Of a stretch of 64,000 bases of DNA, positions 46,612 through 55,945 are shown one piece after another. The DNA lies in contig OZ246416.1 in NCBI GenBank assembly GCA_965231095.1, forward strand, positions 536,909-600,908, written 5' to 3'. Numbering within the stretch: position 1 is the first letter of the stretch; each line of letters opens with the position of its first letter. The stretch is from an uncultured Gammaproteobacteria bacterium (GTDB lineage: Bacteria; Patescibacteriota; Patescibacteriia; XYB2-FULL-38-15). The position numbers and the translations under genes are program-made. The notes under the pieces were generated by a model. The model saw only the letters and a program-made list of their open reading frames with translations. It was not told the DNA's origin and searched no databases.

Positions 46612-47184
46612 TTAGTTTAGAAAATTTGCGAAGATAAACATGGCAAACGCCGCCGTCCCGATTTCCGAACGAAGCCGCCCCATCTCGCGGGAAAAAATCA
46701 TTTTACAATTTGCCTCGGAAGTCCCGACAATTTCGGAAATTTCCCGATAAGACAATTCTCCCCAAAGCCGCATTGTTATAATTTCCCGGTGCGTCGGCTT
46801 GAATTTCGCCAGATATTTTTTCACCTCGTTTAATTTCTCCCGCGCGTCTAAATCAATTTCCAAATTTTCCGGAGCGGCTAAATCCCAAACATCTTCAATG
46901 TTTGCAGTTAGCCGGGCGGCGCGAAAATGATCAACCACGGCGTGGCGGGCAATGCCGTAAAGCCAGGCGGAAAAACTTCCGCGGCCGGATTTGTACCCGT
47001 TGATATTTTCCAGGGCTTTCATAAAAACCGCGGAAACAATATCTTCGGCCGTTTCCCTATGATATGTTTTGTAATAAACAAAGCTGTATATTTTTTTAAC
47101 ATACGCTTCGTAAAGGCTGCCAAAACCTTGAAAGTTTCCGGCTTGGCTCGCTTTAATGATTTGTTTTTCTTGATTTGGATCCAT
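46612..47184 (-). CDS. RNA polymerase sigma-70 factor, ECF subfamily.
   Basis: Region 2 and region 4 HTH LSYREISEIVGTSEANCKMIFSRE. Confidence 0.85.
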   Translation of the reverse strand: MDPNQEKQIIKASQAGNFQGFGSLYEAYVKKIYSFVYYKTYHRETAEDIVSAVFMKALENINGYKSGRGSFSAWLYGIARHAVVDHFRAARLTANIEDVWDLAAPENLEIDLDAREKLNEVKKYLAKFKPTHREIITMRLWGELSYREISEIVGTSEANCKMIFSREMGRLRSEIGTAAFAMFIFANFLN

Positions 47185-47293
47185 ATATTTCCGGATTAAA
47201 AAGAAGCTTCTGCAATTAAATACGTTTTAAAATTTAAAAAGTAACAACTATATTGTACCATAAAAAACATAAAGAACGGACAGCCTTTTACTC

Positions 47294-47310
47294 TATCATA
47301 TAATATGATA
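47294..47310. promoter_or_regulatory. Perfect 17-bp palindrome TATCATATAATATGATA overlapping a TATAAT -10. Candidate operator.
   Basis: tatcatat a atatgata. Upstream of the high-GC two-gene cluster. Confidence 0.45.
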
Positions 47311-47391
47311 AGATATTCTCGGTCAAAGGCCGCAAGCTTTGGCGAGCCAAGATCACCTTCGCTAAAGCTACGGTGATCGATGGAGGAAACA

Positions 47392-47733
47392 ATGACACTC
47401 GGAGAACTGGCAGAACGAGAAAATCTCGTGGGCCGGGTTTTCCGGGCTCATGAGACAAACGGTTTCGCCTACCGCGGAATCGTCGCGAAGACAGAGGTTA
47501 GGGGGAAGACTGCTATTCTTTCCCTCAAAAACCACGACCGGCGCTTCGAAGGAAAGACCGGACACAGCAACTGGAAACATCTCCCGGATACCGAGATCGG
47601 CTTCGGCGCGGCAATCCAAATCCAGCAAGTGGAGAAGATCATTTCTTTTTTTGTTCCCGGAGCCATGAGCCGGATCTATCTCTACCCCAAGGGGACCAGA
47701 GTGGAGGAGGCAGAACATGCGCCCAGAATCTGA
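47392..47733 (+). CDS. High-GC hypothetical protein (~113 aa).
   Basis: GGAGG RBS 5 nt upstream. MTLGELAERENLVGRVFRAHE... Confidence 0.5.
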   Translation: MTLGELAERENLVGRVFRAHETNGFAYRGIVAKTEVRGKTAILSLKNHDRRFEGKTGHSNWKHLPDTEIGFGAAIQIQQVEKIISFFVPGAMSRIYLYPKGTRVEEAEHAPRI

Positions 47734-48085
47734 ATGGAAAGGCAACGCTCTCATCTTGCTTTCGGCGCTTGGCGTGGCCGCGTTCTACGGCGTCGCGACC
47801 GGACTCGTGCTCTGGCTCCTCAACTTTCCCGACGCCGCGGAAATCGGAGGGTTTGTTTCCACGGCCACGGGCGGGCTGGCGCTTCTTGTCGCGCTTTTCA
47901 TGATCATCAATTTCGCGCCAAATCGTCCGTTCGGACAACCGATGAGCTGGCTCGAACGCGGGTTCGTTCGGCTCTCCGGCATAGCGCTCTGCGTTTTGGT
48001 CGCCATTCCCTTTGTCGTGAGAACGCTCGGACGATTCTTGTGCCGAATCTTTGGCGCGAGGACACCCAAGGAGGAAAAAACTTAA
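47717..48085 (+). CDS. High-GC membrane protein (3-4 TM, hypothetical), overlapping the upstream gene.
   Basis: GGAGGAGG RBS. Hydrophobic helices. Confidence 0.5.
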   Translation: MRPESEWKGNALILLSALGVAAFYGVATGLVLWLLNFPDAAEIGGFVSTATGGLALLVALFMIINFAPNRPFGQPMSWLERGFVRLSGIALCVLVAIPFVVRTLGRFLCRIFGARTPKEEKT

Positions 48086-48098
48086 CGGCCGGATTCCA

Positions 48099-48127
48099 CC
48101 GCGAACTAATCTTCGCGGTTTTATTTT
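48099..48127 (+). terminator. Rho-independent terminator.
   Basis: ccgcgaa ctaatc ttcgcgg followed by ttttatttt. Confidence 0.6.
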
Positions 48128-48171
48128 GAAAAAAAGACTGGGCTTTGTTTTTGCCCAGTCATACCTTCCTC

Positions 48172-48558
48172 CTATGTTCTTCTCCCTCGCCGCCGCGGTC
48201 GAGGCGCCACGGATCCCGCCGGCTCCCGATGGGTCACGATTTCCCCTGGCCGGAAATTCCGGACAAGAACCTTCACGGCCTGATGCCGACCGCCGCGCGA
48301 CTTCTTCACCGCGATGGCGATTTTCCGCGCGAGCTTCCGGCGAGTTTCCTCGGAAATGTCCTCGGCTGGGAAGCAGACGTCCGCCGTGACAACGATCATC
48401 GGCTGGTCGCTCCAGATGTGGACGAGCTCCGTCGGGCACTCAACCAAAAGCTCAGCCGCCCCGAGCTCAAGCTCCTTCATCCCGAGGCAGGCCTTCCGCA
48501 CTGCCGCTATGCAATCCTCCGGACCGATCGGCGCGTTCAATACCCTGACCAAAAGCAT
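48172..48558 (-). CDS. High-GC hypothetical protein (128 aa).
   Basis: GGAGG RBS upstream on the minus strand. MLLVRVLNAPIGPEDCIAAV... Confidence 0.45.
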   Translation of the reverse strand: MLLVRVLNAPIGPEDCIAAVRKACLGMKELELGAAELLVECPTELVHIWSDQPMIVVTADVCFPAEDISEETRRKLARKIAIAVKKSRGGRHQAVKVLVRNFRPGEIVTHREPAGSVAPRPRRRGRRT

Positions 48559-48742
48559 TGGCCCCTCCTTCCTGCGAAAAATTTAACATTTAGAAAATAA
48601 AAAGTCAAACTCGGCCCCAACTTTTTTAAAATAAAAAAGCGCCACAGACATTTCTGCCCGTGGCGCGAAGACCAAAAAGTTGTCCTCCCCTTGCTACCCT
48701 ATCGCGAGCTCCTCCTTCCCGCGACTTTGCGGCCTTTGACCG

Positions 48743-49078
48743 TTAAATGGTCGGCCGGAGAGCCTCCCAGACCCTCGACTTCTCCCACCGCTCGTGGTCC
48801 GACGGAGGCAGACGCGACTCGTCCCCCGGCCGTCTGGTGGGCAGCGAATCCTTGCCGAGCAGGATCTCCCACTCGCCCACGCCGTCGCAGACGTCGCAGG
48901 ATGGATCACGGCCATGGCACGCGCCGCACGTGCACGGAACCCTCGCCGCCACCTTGAACGGATCCCTCGCCTTCTTCACTGCCGCCGAACCGTTCCTTCT
49001 CCCCATCTCTCCCTCTGCTCCTTCCCTTTCCCCCGCAAAAGAAAACCCGTGCCGAGCACAATATCCATAAATTATCAC
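48743..49078 (-). CDS. High-GC Cys-rich small protein (CxCxxCxxxxxxCxxC). Possibly starts at the internal Met.
   Basis: PCTCGACHGRDPSCDVCDG. Minus-strand terminator hairpin at ~48640-48680. Confidence 0.35.
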   Translation of the reverse strand: MIIYGYCARHGFSFAGEREGAEGEMGRRNGSAAVKKARDPFKVAARVPCTCGACHGRDPSCDVCDGVGEWEILLGKDSLPTRRPGDESRLPPSDHERWEKSRVWEALRPTI

Positions 49079-49136
49079 CTCAAAAAAATTTTGTCAAGAA
49101 ATATTTTTTATTTTTTAAAATATAGTGCTATAATAT

Positions 49137-52100
49137 ATGAATATGGCAAGGAGGAAAAAACTCCCTACTCGGGGAACCGCAAAAGCAAGACCGGCCGTGA
49201 AAAATTTATCTATAAATAATAGATATTTAGCCAAAGGTCTTATGAAAAAAAATACCAAAACACTCTTAATCACGAGCGTAATTTTTGTCATAGCTGTTTT
49301 AGCCGTAGCCACGACTATTTATATAACTAAATTTGTTCTCTCCTCCGACGGCTCGGGGACAAATTCTGTTTCCCCGGGCACCTCCACCGCCGGTGCCACA
49401 GGCGACACCCAAACTTTTACCTTCACCGCGGCGGAAACCATGGGCTCGGGCGAAATTTCTATCACGGTTCCTTCGGGCTGGAGCGCGCCGCAAGGATCGT
49501 CCGGCACAGCCGGCTATACCACAGCCACTTCAGCCGCGGGCACGGTTGCTGACGTAAAAGATAATGCCGACTCGGCCACTGGCTGGGTGGCGGGCAACGC
49601 TTGCACAAACGGACTTTCGCTTGATACTTCAGTAAAACACGAAGGTGGCGGTTCGGTTCAATGTGCCAATGGCAACGAAGGCGCTGGAAACCGCTGGTAT
49701 AAAAACATTACCTCGGAAAATTGGTCCGGCTATACCCGCGTCGGATTTTGGATCCGCTCTTCAGGATCAATCAGCGACACCAATCTCCGCTTTGGTTATG
49801 ACAACTCGGCGAATTTAGCCAGCCCCCTGGAACAAATTTCTTTTGGCCAAGTAATTCCGGCCAATACTTGGACTTATGTCGTTTTAAATTTTGGCGCCAC
49901 AACCCGCACCTCGGTTGTGAGTTTTGGTTTTGTAATAAGAGACGGAGCGGACCTGGACAATGAAAATGTTTGGATTGATGATTTATTAATCGGTCCGGGC
50001 GTTCCGACATATCCTGGCGGCAATGAAATTCGCGCGAGAATTTTACAACTTACGAGCGGACAAACCATGACCGTCACTTACGGCGCGGGCGGAGGAACTT
50101 CCGGAGCAACTGTTCCCACTGCCGCCGGCTCATACAATTTTTTAACTCAATCAAAAGTTTCCGATGCCGGCACTCTTACAAATATTGCTTCTTCGCCAAC
50201 CGTCACCGTAGGCGCCGGAGCGATTTCACAATTTACTCTGACTGATCCGGGAAATATAGGAGCCGGAGAACGGCTTGGCTACACAGTGACGAGAAAAGAC
50301 CAATACGGAAACACTGTCCTCTCGGGCACGAGCACGGTTTATCTTTATTCCAGTTCCGCCGGAGCCAACAAACGTTTTTACGACGCGGCCACGGGCGGAA
50401 ACATTATTACTTCAGTCACGATCGGAAACGGCCAGCCGTCAAAAAACTTCTGGTATTATGATGAGGCTCCTGGAACTTACACCATCACCACTTCAGACAA
50501 TACCACAAGCCCGGATGGCACCACGGGGATTGACGACGCCACCGATTCGGTCACAATTTCGGGCGGGGCCGTCGCGGAATTTATCTTAAACGATCCGGGC
50601 AATCTTACCTCCGGAGCGCGCGCCCCCTACAGCGTGTCACGCGAAGATCAATTTGGAAATTTAGTCACCACCGGCTCCACCACAGTTTATTTATACAGCA
50701 ACTCGGGAAGCATGGATTACGCTTTCTATGACGCGGCCACGGGCGGAAGCCAAATAACTTCAATAAATATCGGCAGCGGAAATTCTTCGGCAAATTTTTG
50801 GTATTATGACGAGCTGGCTGACACTTGGACTATCACCGCTTCAGACAATGCCACAAGCCCCGACGGCGCAACGGGCGCCTCCGACGGAACCGACAGCATC
50901 ACTGTTCTCCCGGGCGCCACTTCCCACTTTGTTTTAAATGATCCGGGAGATACGACAGCCGGCACGCGGCTTGGATATACTGTGACGCGCCAAGACCAGT
51001 TTGGAAATGTTGTCACTTCCGGGACGAACACGGTATATCTTTATTCCGATTCTTCCGGATTAAATTATCATTTTTATAACGCGGCCACGGGCGGAAGTAT
51101 CACGAGCTCCCGCCAAATTACGAGTGGCCAATCTACGGCAAACTTCTGGTATTATGACGAGCTGGCGGGAACTTTTTCTATCACTGCCTCCGACAACTCT
51201 TCGACCCCCGATGGAAATTTAGGGATTGATGATTCATCAGATAGCGTAATAATTTCCGGCGGAGCGGTTTCAAAATTTTCTCTAAACGATCCGGGCGATA
51301 TGACCGCGGAAACGCGGCTTGGCTACATTGTCACAAGAAAAGATCAATACAATAATCCTGCCACTTCCGGCTTTAACACCATCTATCTTTATTCAACTTC
51401 CGTAAGTCCGGCCAAAGCGTTTTTTAACGCGGCAAGCGGTGGCAATCAAATAACTTCCGCGAGTATTAACGACGGCCAATCCACGGCGAACTTTTGGTAC
51501 TACGACGATCTGGCCGGAATTTATACCATCACCTCTTCGGACAATGCTACTTTTCCGGATGACGCCACGGGAATTGACGACGCGACAGATTTATTGACTG
51601 TAAATGCCATACCCATTGTGGCGACCAGATTTACAATTTTAGATCCAACTGACGGCACGGTTGACGCGCCGATCACTGTCACAATCCGAGCGGAAGATGA
51701 CAGCAATAACGTTGACACAACCTACCAAAACGATGTGACATTGGTCGCGAGCAGTTCAGCTACGGGCGAAGGTTTGGTAAATATTGTAAATGGCCTTGGC
51801 ACCCTAAATCTTTCCGACACAGTCGCGGAAACTGTTAATTTATCTTTGTCTGATACAGAGGGCACTGGCCTTGTTGTCACCTCCGCGCAAGGAGTAATTT
51901 TTTCCGCCGGCGCCGCAGCTAAATTTTTTCTAAACGACCCGGGCAATACAGTCGCCGGCACCCGTTTGGGATATACTGTGACGCGCAAAGACCAATTTGA
52001 AAATTTAACCACCACGGGAACCACCGTAGTTTATCTTTACACCAATTCTTCTGGCACAACTACTTTTTATGATTCAGATGTCGGAGGAAATGAAATTTTA

Positions 52101-53690
52101 CACACCACTATTCTTTCCGGCCAATCAGACGCGAACTTCTGGTATTACGATGAACTCTCCGGCACACCAACCGTCACTGCTTCGGACAATTCTTCTTCTC
52201 CAAATGGAGCCACGGGAATTGACGATGACACTGACACACTGACAATTGGCGCCGGGGTTCTTGCCAAATTTACTTTAAATGATCCTGGCGACATGAGCGT
52301 GGAAACGCGGCTCGGCTACACAGTGACGAGAAAGGATAATTTTAATAATTTAATAACTTCGGGCGGCGCGACAGTTTCTCTCTACTCCAATTCCGCGAGC
52401 GCCAACAAATCTTTTTATGACGCGGCCACGGGAGGAAGTATTATCAATTCCACTGACATCAGCGCGGGAAATTCCGCGGCAAATTTTTGGTACTATGACG
52501 ATACCGCCGGTACCTACACCATTACCGTTTCGGATAATTCTTCTTCTCCGGATGGCGTGGACGGCACAGACGACGGAACCGACGCGGTGATTGTAAGCGC
52601 TGTACCGATTGTCGCCACGCGATTTAGCATTTTAAATCCAACTGACGTAACCGTCGGCAGCAACGCGATCATCACGGTGCGCGCCGAAGATAATAGCGGC
52701 AATGTTGACACAACTTACCAAAACGATGTCACTCTGGTCACAAGCGGATCGGCTACGGGGGAAGGATTGGTGGATATTGTAAACGGCATTGGAACAATAA
52801 CTGTAAGCGACAACATTTCTGAAATAGTTATTTTGTCCCTCACTGACAGCGAAGGAACTGGTTTAAATATCAGCTCAACTCAAGACATTGTCTTTCTTTC
52901 GACTAGCGGCGGAAGCGGAGGAATTTCAATTCCGGCGGAAGGGGCGCCAACTCTCCCCGTTTCCCTGACCGGCGCCACGCTTTCTTTTTCCGGCCGAGCT
53001 TTTCCCAACGCTAAAATTACAATCTTGGGCCGCGGAACTTCGCAAGACATTCCTTTAAAATCCTCTTTGGCGGACGCAAGCGGTGGATTCAATATAAATT
53101 TTGTCGGGGCTCTGCCGGCCGCCGCCATCAACGCTTACAAACTTACTTTTGAAGATAAAGAGGGCCGAACAACAGAAACTCCTGATTCCACTCCGGAGCA
53201 AATAACAAGTTTTAGCGCCACGGATATTTTTGCTCCGCCAACCCTTGGCTTTGGCAAATCAACTTTCTTGCGCGAAGATTTAATTACTCTGGCCGGCTAT
53301 GCCATGCCCGGAAATAAAATTGAAATTGAAATTGACGAAAAACAAATTCCTCGAGAAATTTTTGCCGGCAACGACGGCTCTTTCAAGCTTTCTCTTACTA
53401 ATTTTGATTACGCTTTCGGAAGCCACAAAGCCAGAATCCGCCAACGCGACAGCGCAAAGAGGGCAAGCGATTTTTCCTTGGATAAAATTTTCACCATCGC
53501 CAAGGTTTTCGCCCCGAACGCCGACTTAAACGACGACGGCAAATCCGACATTAGTGATTGGAGCATATTCCTCTTCCGCTGGGGCTCACCCGACCAAACA
53601 AAAAAATCTACCATTGATTTTAACAACGACGGCCGGGTGGATATTTCCGATTTCAGCATTTTTTTGCAAAGTTTAACCGCCACAAAATAA
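49137..53690 (+). CDS. Giant (~1500 aa) secreted/membrane-anchored surface protein with ~8 degenerate ~100-aa repeats, two ~75-aa repeats and a C-terminal dockerin module.
   Basis: Alternative start 49243 (MKKNTKTLLITSVIFVIAVLAV signal anchor). Repeats LNDPGxxxAGxRLGYTVTRKDQFGNxVTSGxxTVYLYS...ANFWYYDE...TITASDNSSSPDG. C-terminal DLNDDGKSDISDWSIF and DFNNDGRVDISDFSIF (dockerin Ca-binding repeats). Confidence 0.75.
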   Translation: MNMARRKKLPTRGTAKARPAVKNLSINNRYLAKGLMKKNTKTLLITSVIFVIAVLAVATTIYITKFVLSSDGSGTNSVSPGTSTAGATGDTQTFTFTAAETMGSGEISITVPSGWSAPQGSSGTAGYTTATSAAGTVADVKDNADSATGWVAGNACTNGLSLDTSVKHEGGGSVQCANGNEGAGNRWYKNITSENWSGYTRVGFWIRSSGSISDTNLRFGYDNSANLASPLEQISFGQVIPANTWTYVVLNFGATTRTSVVSFGFVIRDGADLDNENVWIDDLLIGPGVPTYPGGNEIRARILQLTSGQTMTVTYGAGGGTSGATVPTAAGSYNFLTQSKVSDAGTLTNIASSPTVTVGAGAISQFTLTDPGNIGAGERLGYTVTRKDQYGNTVLSGTSTVYLYSSSAGANKRFYDAATGGNIITSVTIGNGQPSKNFWYYDEAPGTYTITTSDNTTSPDGTTGIDDATDSVTISGGAVAEFILNDPGNLTSGARAPYSVSREDQFGNLVTTGSTTVYLYSNSGSMDYAFYDAATGGSQITSINIGSGNSSANFWYYDELADTWTITASDNATSPDGATGASDGTDSITVLPGATSHFVLNDPGDTTAGTRLGYTVTRQDQFGNVVTSGTNTVYLYSDSSGLNYHFYNAATGGSITSSRQITSGQSTANFWYYDELAGTFSITASDNSSTPDGNLGIDDSSDSVIISGGAVSKFSLNDPGDMTAETRLGYIVTRKDQYNNPATSGFNTIYLYSTSVSPAKAFFNAASGGNQITSASINDGQSTANFWYYDDLAGIYTITSSDNATFPDDATGIDDATDLLTVNAIPIVATRFTILDPTDGTVDAPITVTIRAEDDSNNVDTTYQNDVTLVASSSATGEGLVNIVNGLGTLNLSDTVAETVNLSLSDTEGTGLVVTSAQGVIFSAGAAAKFFLNDPGNTVAGTRLGYTVTRKDQFENLTTTGTTVVYLYTNSSGTTTFYDSDVGGNEILHTTILSGQSDANFWYYDELSGTPTVTASDNSSSPNGATGIDDDTDTLTIGAGVLAKFTLNDPGDMSVETRLGYTVTRKDNFNNLITSGGATVSLYSNSASANKSFYDAATGGSIINSTDISAGNSAANFWYYDDTAGTYTITVSDNSSSPDGVDGTDDGTDAVIVSAVPIVATRFSILNPTDVTVGSNAIITVRAEDNSGNVDTTYQNDVTLVTSGSATGEGLVDIVNGIGTITVSDNISEIVILSLTDSEGTGLNISSTQDIVFLSTSGGSGGISIPAEGAPTLPVSLTGATLSFSGRAFPNAKITILGRGTSQDIPLKSSLADASGGFNINFVGALPAAAINAYKLTFEDKEGRTTETPDSTPEQITSFSATDIFAPPTLGFGKSTFLREDLITLAGYAMPGNKIEIEIDEKQIPREIFAGNDGSFKLSLTNFDYAFGSHKARIRQRDSAKRASDFSLDKIFTIAKVFAPNADLNDDGKSDISDWSIFLFRWGSPDQTKKSTIDFNNDGRVDISDFSIFLQSLTATK

Positions 53691-53711
53691 ATTCATAATT
53701 ATATAAGATGT

Positions 53712-55442
53712 ATGAAAAAAATTCTTTATTCTCTAATCCTGGCGGCCGGACTTTTCACCTTCGCGGGAATTGCCGAAGCGGCAACTCTAAATGTTTCTTT
53801 GGGAAACGATGTCTACAACGTCGGCGACCAATTTAGCATTCATCTCCACATCGACAGCGAGGGGGTAAGTATAAACGCGGCGCAAGCCACCCTAACTTAT
53901 CCCGCGGATATTTTGGAAGTGACCAATATCAGCAAATCAGGATCAATTTTTGCTTTCTGGCTACTGGAGCCGGACTTTTCCGTCCCCGGACAAATTTCTT
54001 TTGTCGGCGGATCAACGAGCGGCTACATTGGAAAATCTCTCCAAGTTTTGACGGTTAATTTTAAAGTGAAAAAAGCCGGGGTGGCAAACCTCACTCTTTC
54101 CGACGCCGCCATCACGCTTGCCGACGGCACGGGAACAAACGTCACAAGAACAACGGGCGGAGCAAAAATCACCACTCAAGAAAAAACCGCCGCGCCGCCG
54201 ACCACTCCCCCTCCTTCCCAAATCTTGCCTCCGCCAGTACAGATTGTCCGCCAACCCGCAGTTTCAAAGGTAAAACCGGCCGGACCAAAAATTGAAGTCC
54301 CACTTTATCCTGATCCGGAAAAATGGTACAATACCGCGGCTAATTTTTTAGTCCGATGGGACCTGCCCGCCGACGTGGCTGCCGTGGCGACGGAATTAAA
54401 TAAAATCCCTGATTTTGATCCAACAAAAACCGAGGGGCTGTTTGATAATAAAATGTTTGCCCGCCCGGACGACGGAATTTGGTATTTGCACGTCAGATTT
54501 AAAAATAATCTTGGCTTTGGAACAACCGGCCATTATCGCATCGCCCTGGACACTTCGCCTCCAACTTCATTTGACGTCGCGGTTTTTGAAGGCGCCCAAA
54601 CCGATAGCCCCGCCCCGACCATAACTTATGAATCCGGCGACCAGCTTTCCGGCCTTAGCAAATATTTCATCAGAATTGATAACGGTGATTTGTTGGAAAC
54701 GGATAAAACTTCCTACACTCTACCTCTCCAAAAACCCGGCAAACATATTGTAAGAGTGAGCGCCAAAGATAATGCTGATAATTTAACTGAAGAAGTTTTA
54801 AATTTAGAAATCCTACCAATCGTTGCTCCGCTCATTACTTCCGTAAGCCGTGATGTTTTTGTCGGCGAAGGAGGATTAAACGCGAGCGGCACAGCCCTGC
54901 CAGAGGTCACCCTGCTTATTTCTTTAAACCGCCAAAACGGCGAAGAAATTTTAAAAACAGAAACGCAATCGGACGCCAGCGGATTATGGCTTGTAAAATT
55001 TGAGGAATCATTAAAAAAAGACAAATATTATATTGAAGTGACGGCCAAAGATAAGCGCGGCGCCTTGAGTTTGCCGATAAAATCAGATATAATTGTTGTA
55101 CGGGAACGGCCGCTCCTTACGATTCGCGGGACAGAAATAACCCAACTTGCGGCGCTTGTCGGTCTCATCACTCTCCTCCTGATTGCTTTTTCCACCGGCT
55201 GGTACGCCCGCCTGCTTACCAAAAAACAGCGCGGGAGAAAAATAACTATCGCCGAGCGAGAAACGACCGCGCTTTTAAACTTGATCAAAAAAGATCTTGA
55301 TAGAATAATGAAATCTTTTGGCAACGGAAAATTGGAAAAAAGAGAAGCGGAGGAAATTGAACAGTTGCTCCAAAAAATTGCGGAAAATGTGAATAAAATG
55401 CAGAGATATGTTGTCCCGGAAATTGGAAAAATTGAAAAATAA
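53712..55442 (+). CDS. Membrane-anchored protein with an N-terminal cohesin-like domain, Pro-rich linker, Ig-like region, C-terminal TM and a cytoplasmic coiled coil.
   Basis: ATLNVSLGNDVYNVGDQFSIHLHIDSEGVSINAAQATLTYPADILEVTNISKSG...QVLTVNFKVKKAGVANLTL (cohesin-type pattern). TM LAALVGLITLLLIAF. Confidence 0.65.
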   Translation: MKKILYSLILAAGLFTFAGIAEAATLNVSLGNDVYNVGDQFSIHLHIDSEGVSINAAQATLTYPADILEVTNISKSGSIFAFWLLEPDFSVPGQISFVGGSTSGYIGKSLQVLTVNFKVKKAGVANLTLSDAAITLADGTGTNVTRTTGGAKITTQEKTAAPPTTPPPSQILPPPVQIVRQPAVSKVKPAGPKIEVPLYPDPEKWYNTAANFLVRWDLPADVAAVATELNKIPDFDPTKTEGLFDNKMFARPDDGIWYLHVRFKNNLGFGTTGHYRIALDTSPPTSFDVAVFEGAQTDSPAPTITYESGDQLSGLSKYFIRIDNGDLLETDKTSYTLPLQKPGKHIVRVSAKDNADNLTEEVLNLEILPIVAPLITSVSRDVFVGEGGLNASGTALPEVTLLISLNRQNGEEILKTETQSDASGLWLVKFEESLKKDKYYIEVTAKDKRGALSLPIKSDIIVVRERPLLTIRGTEITQLAALVGLITLLLIAFSTGWYARLLTKKQRGRKITIAERETTALLNLIKKDLDRIMKSFGNGKLEKREAEEIEQLLQKIAENVNKMQRYVVPEIGKIEK

Positions 55443-55521
55443 TTAGCAGAAAGCTATAATAATAAAAATAATCAATGGCCCTTACGCTTGGGGGAGGTTG
55501 GGGTAAAAAAATTTAAAAATT

Positions 55522-55896
55522 ATGAAAATCCTAATCGTGGAGGACGAAGAAGTTTTAGCAAAAGTCCTTGAAGAAAAATTCTCTGAGGAAAAATTCAACG
55601 CGCAAACCGTAGCCGACGGGAAAAAAGTCCTGGCGGCGATAAAAAATTTCCGGCCGGACGTCGTTCTTTTAGATCTCTTACTCCCGGGAAAAACCGGTTT
55701 GGAAATTCTCGCCGAAATGAAGGAAACAAAAATTCTTGAATCTCTGCCCGTAATTGTTTTGTCCAACCTTGATGACGATGTAAGCATTAAGAAAGCTCTC
55801 TCGCTTGGCGCGGTTGATTATTTTGTCAAAGCCCAACATCCGATTGGCGAGGTTGTGGAAAAAGTTAAGGAATATTTGGGAAAACCTAAAGTCTAA
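55522..55896 (+). CDS. Response regulator, receiver domain only (CheY-like).
   Basis: MKILIVEDEEV...VVLLDLLLPGKTGLEIL...VIVLSNL...LSLGAVDYFVK. Confidence 0.9.
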   Translation: MKILIVEDEEVLAKVLEEKFSEEKFNAQTVADGKKVLAAIKNFRPDVVLLDLLLPGKTGLEILAEMKETKILESLPVIVLSNLDDDVSIKKALSLGAVDYFVKAQHPIGEVVEKVKEYLGKPKV

Positions 55897-55945
55897 ATGA
55901 AGCCGCTCCGACAAAATCGGGGCGGTATCGTAATTTTTTGGTCTC

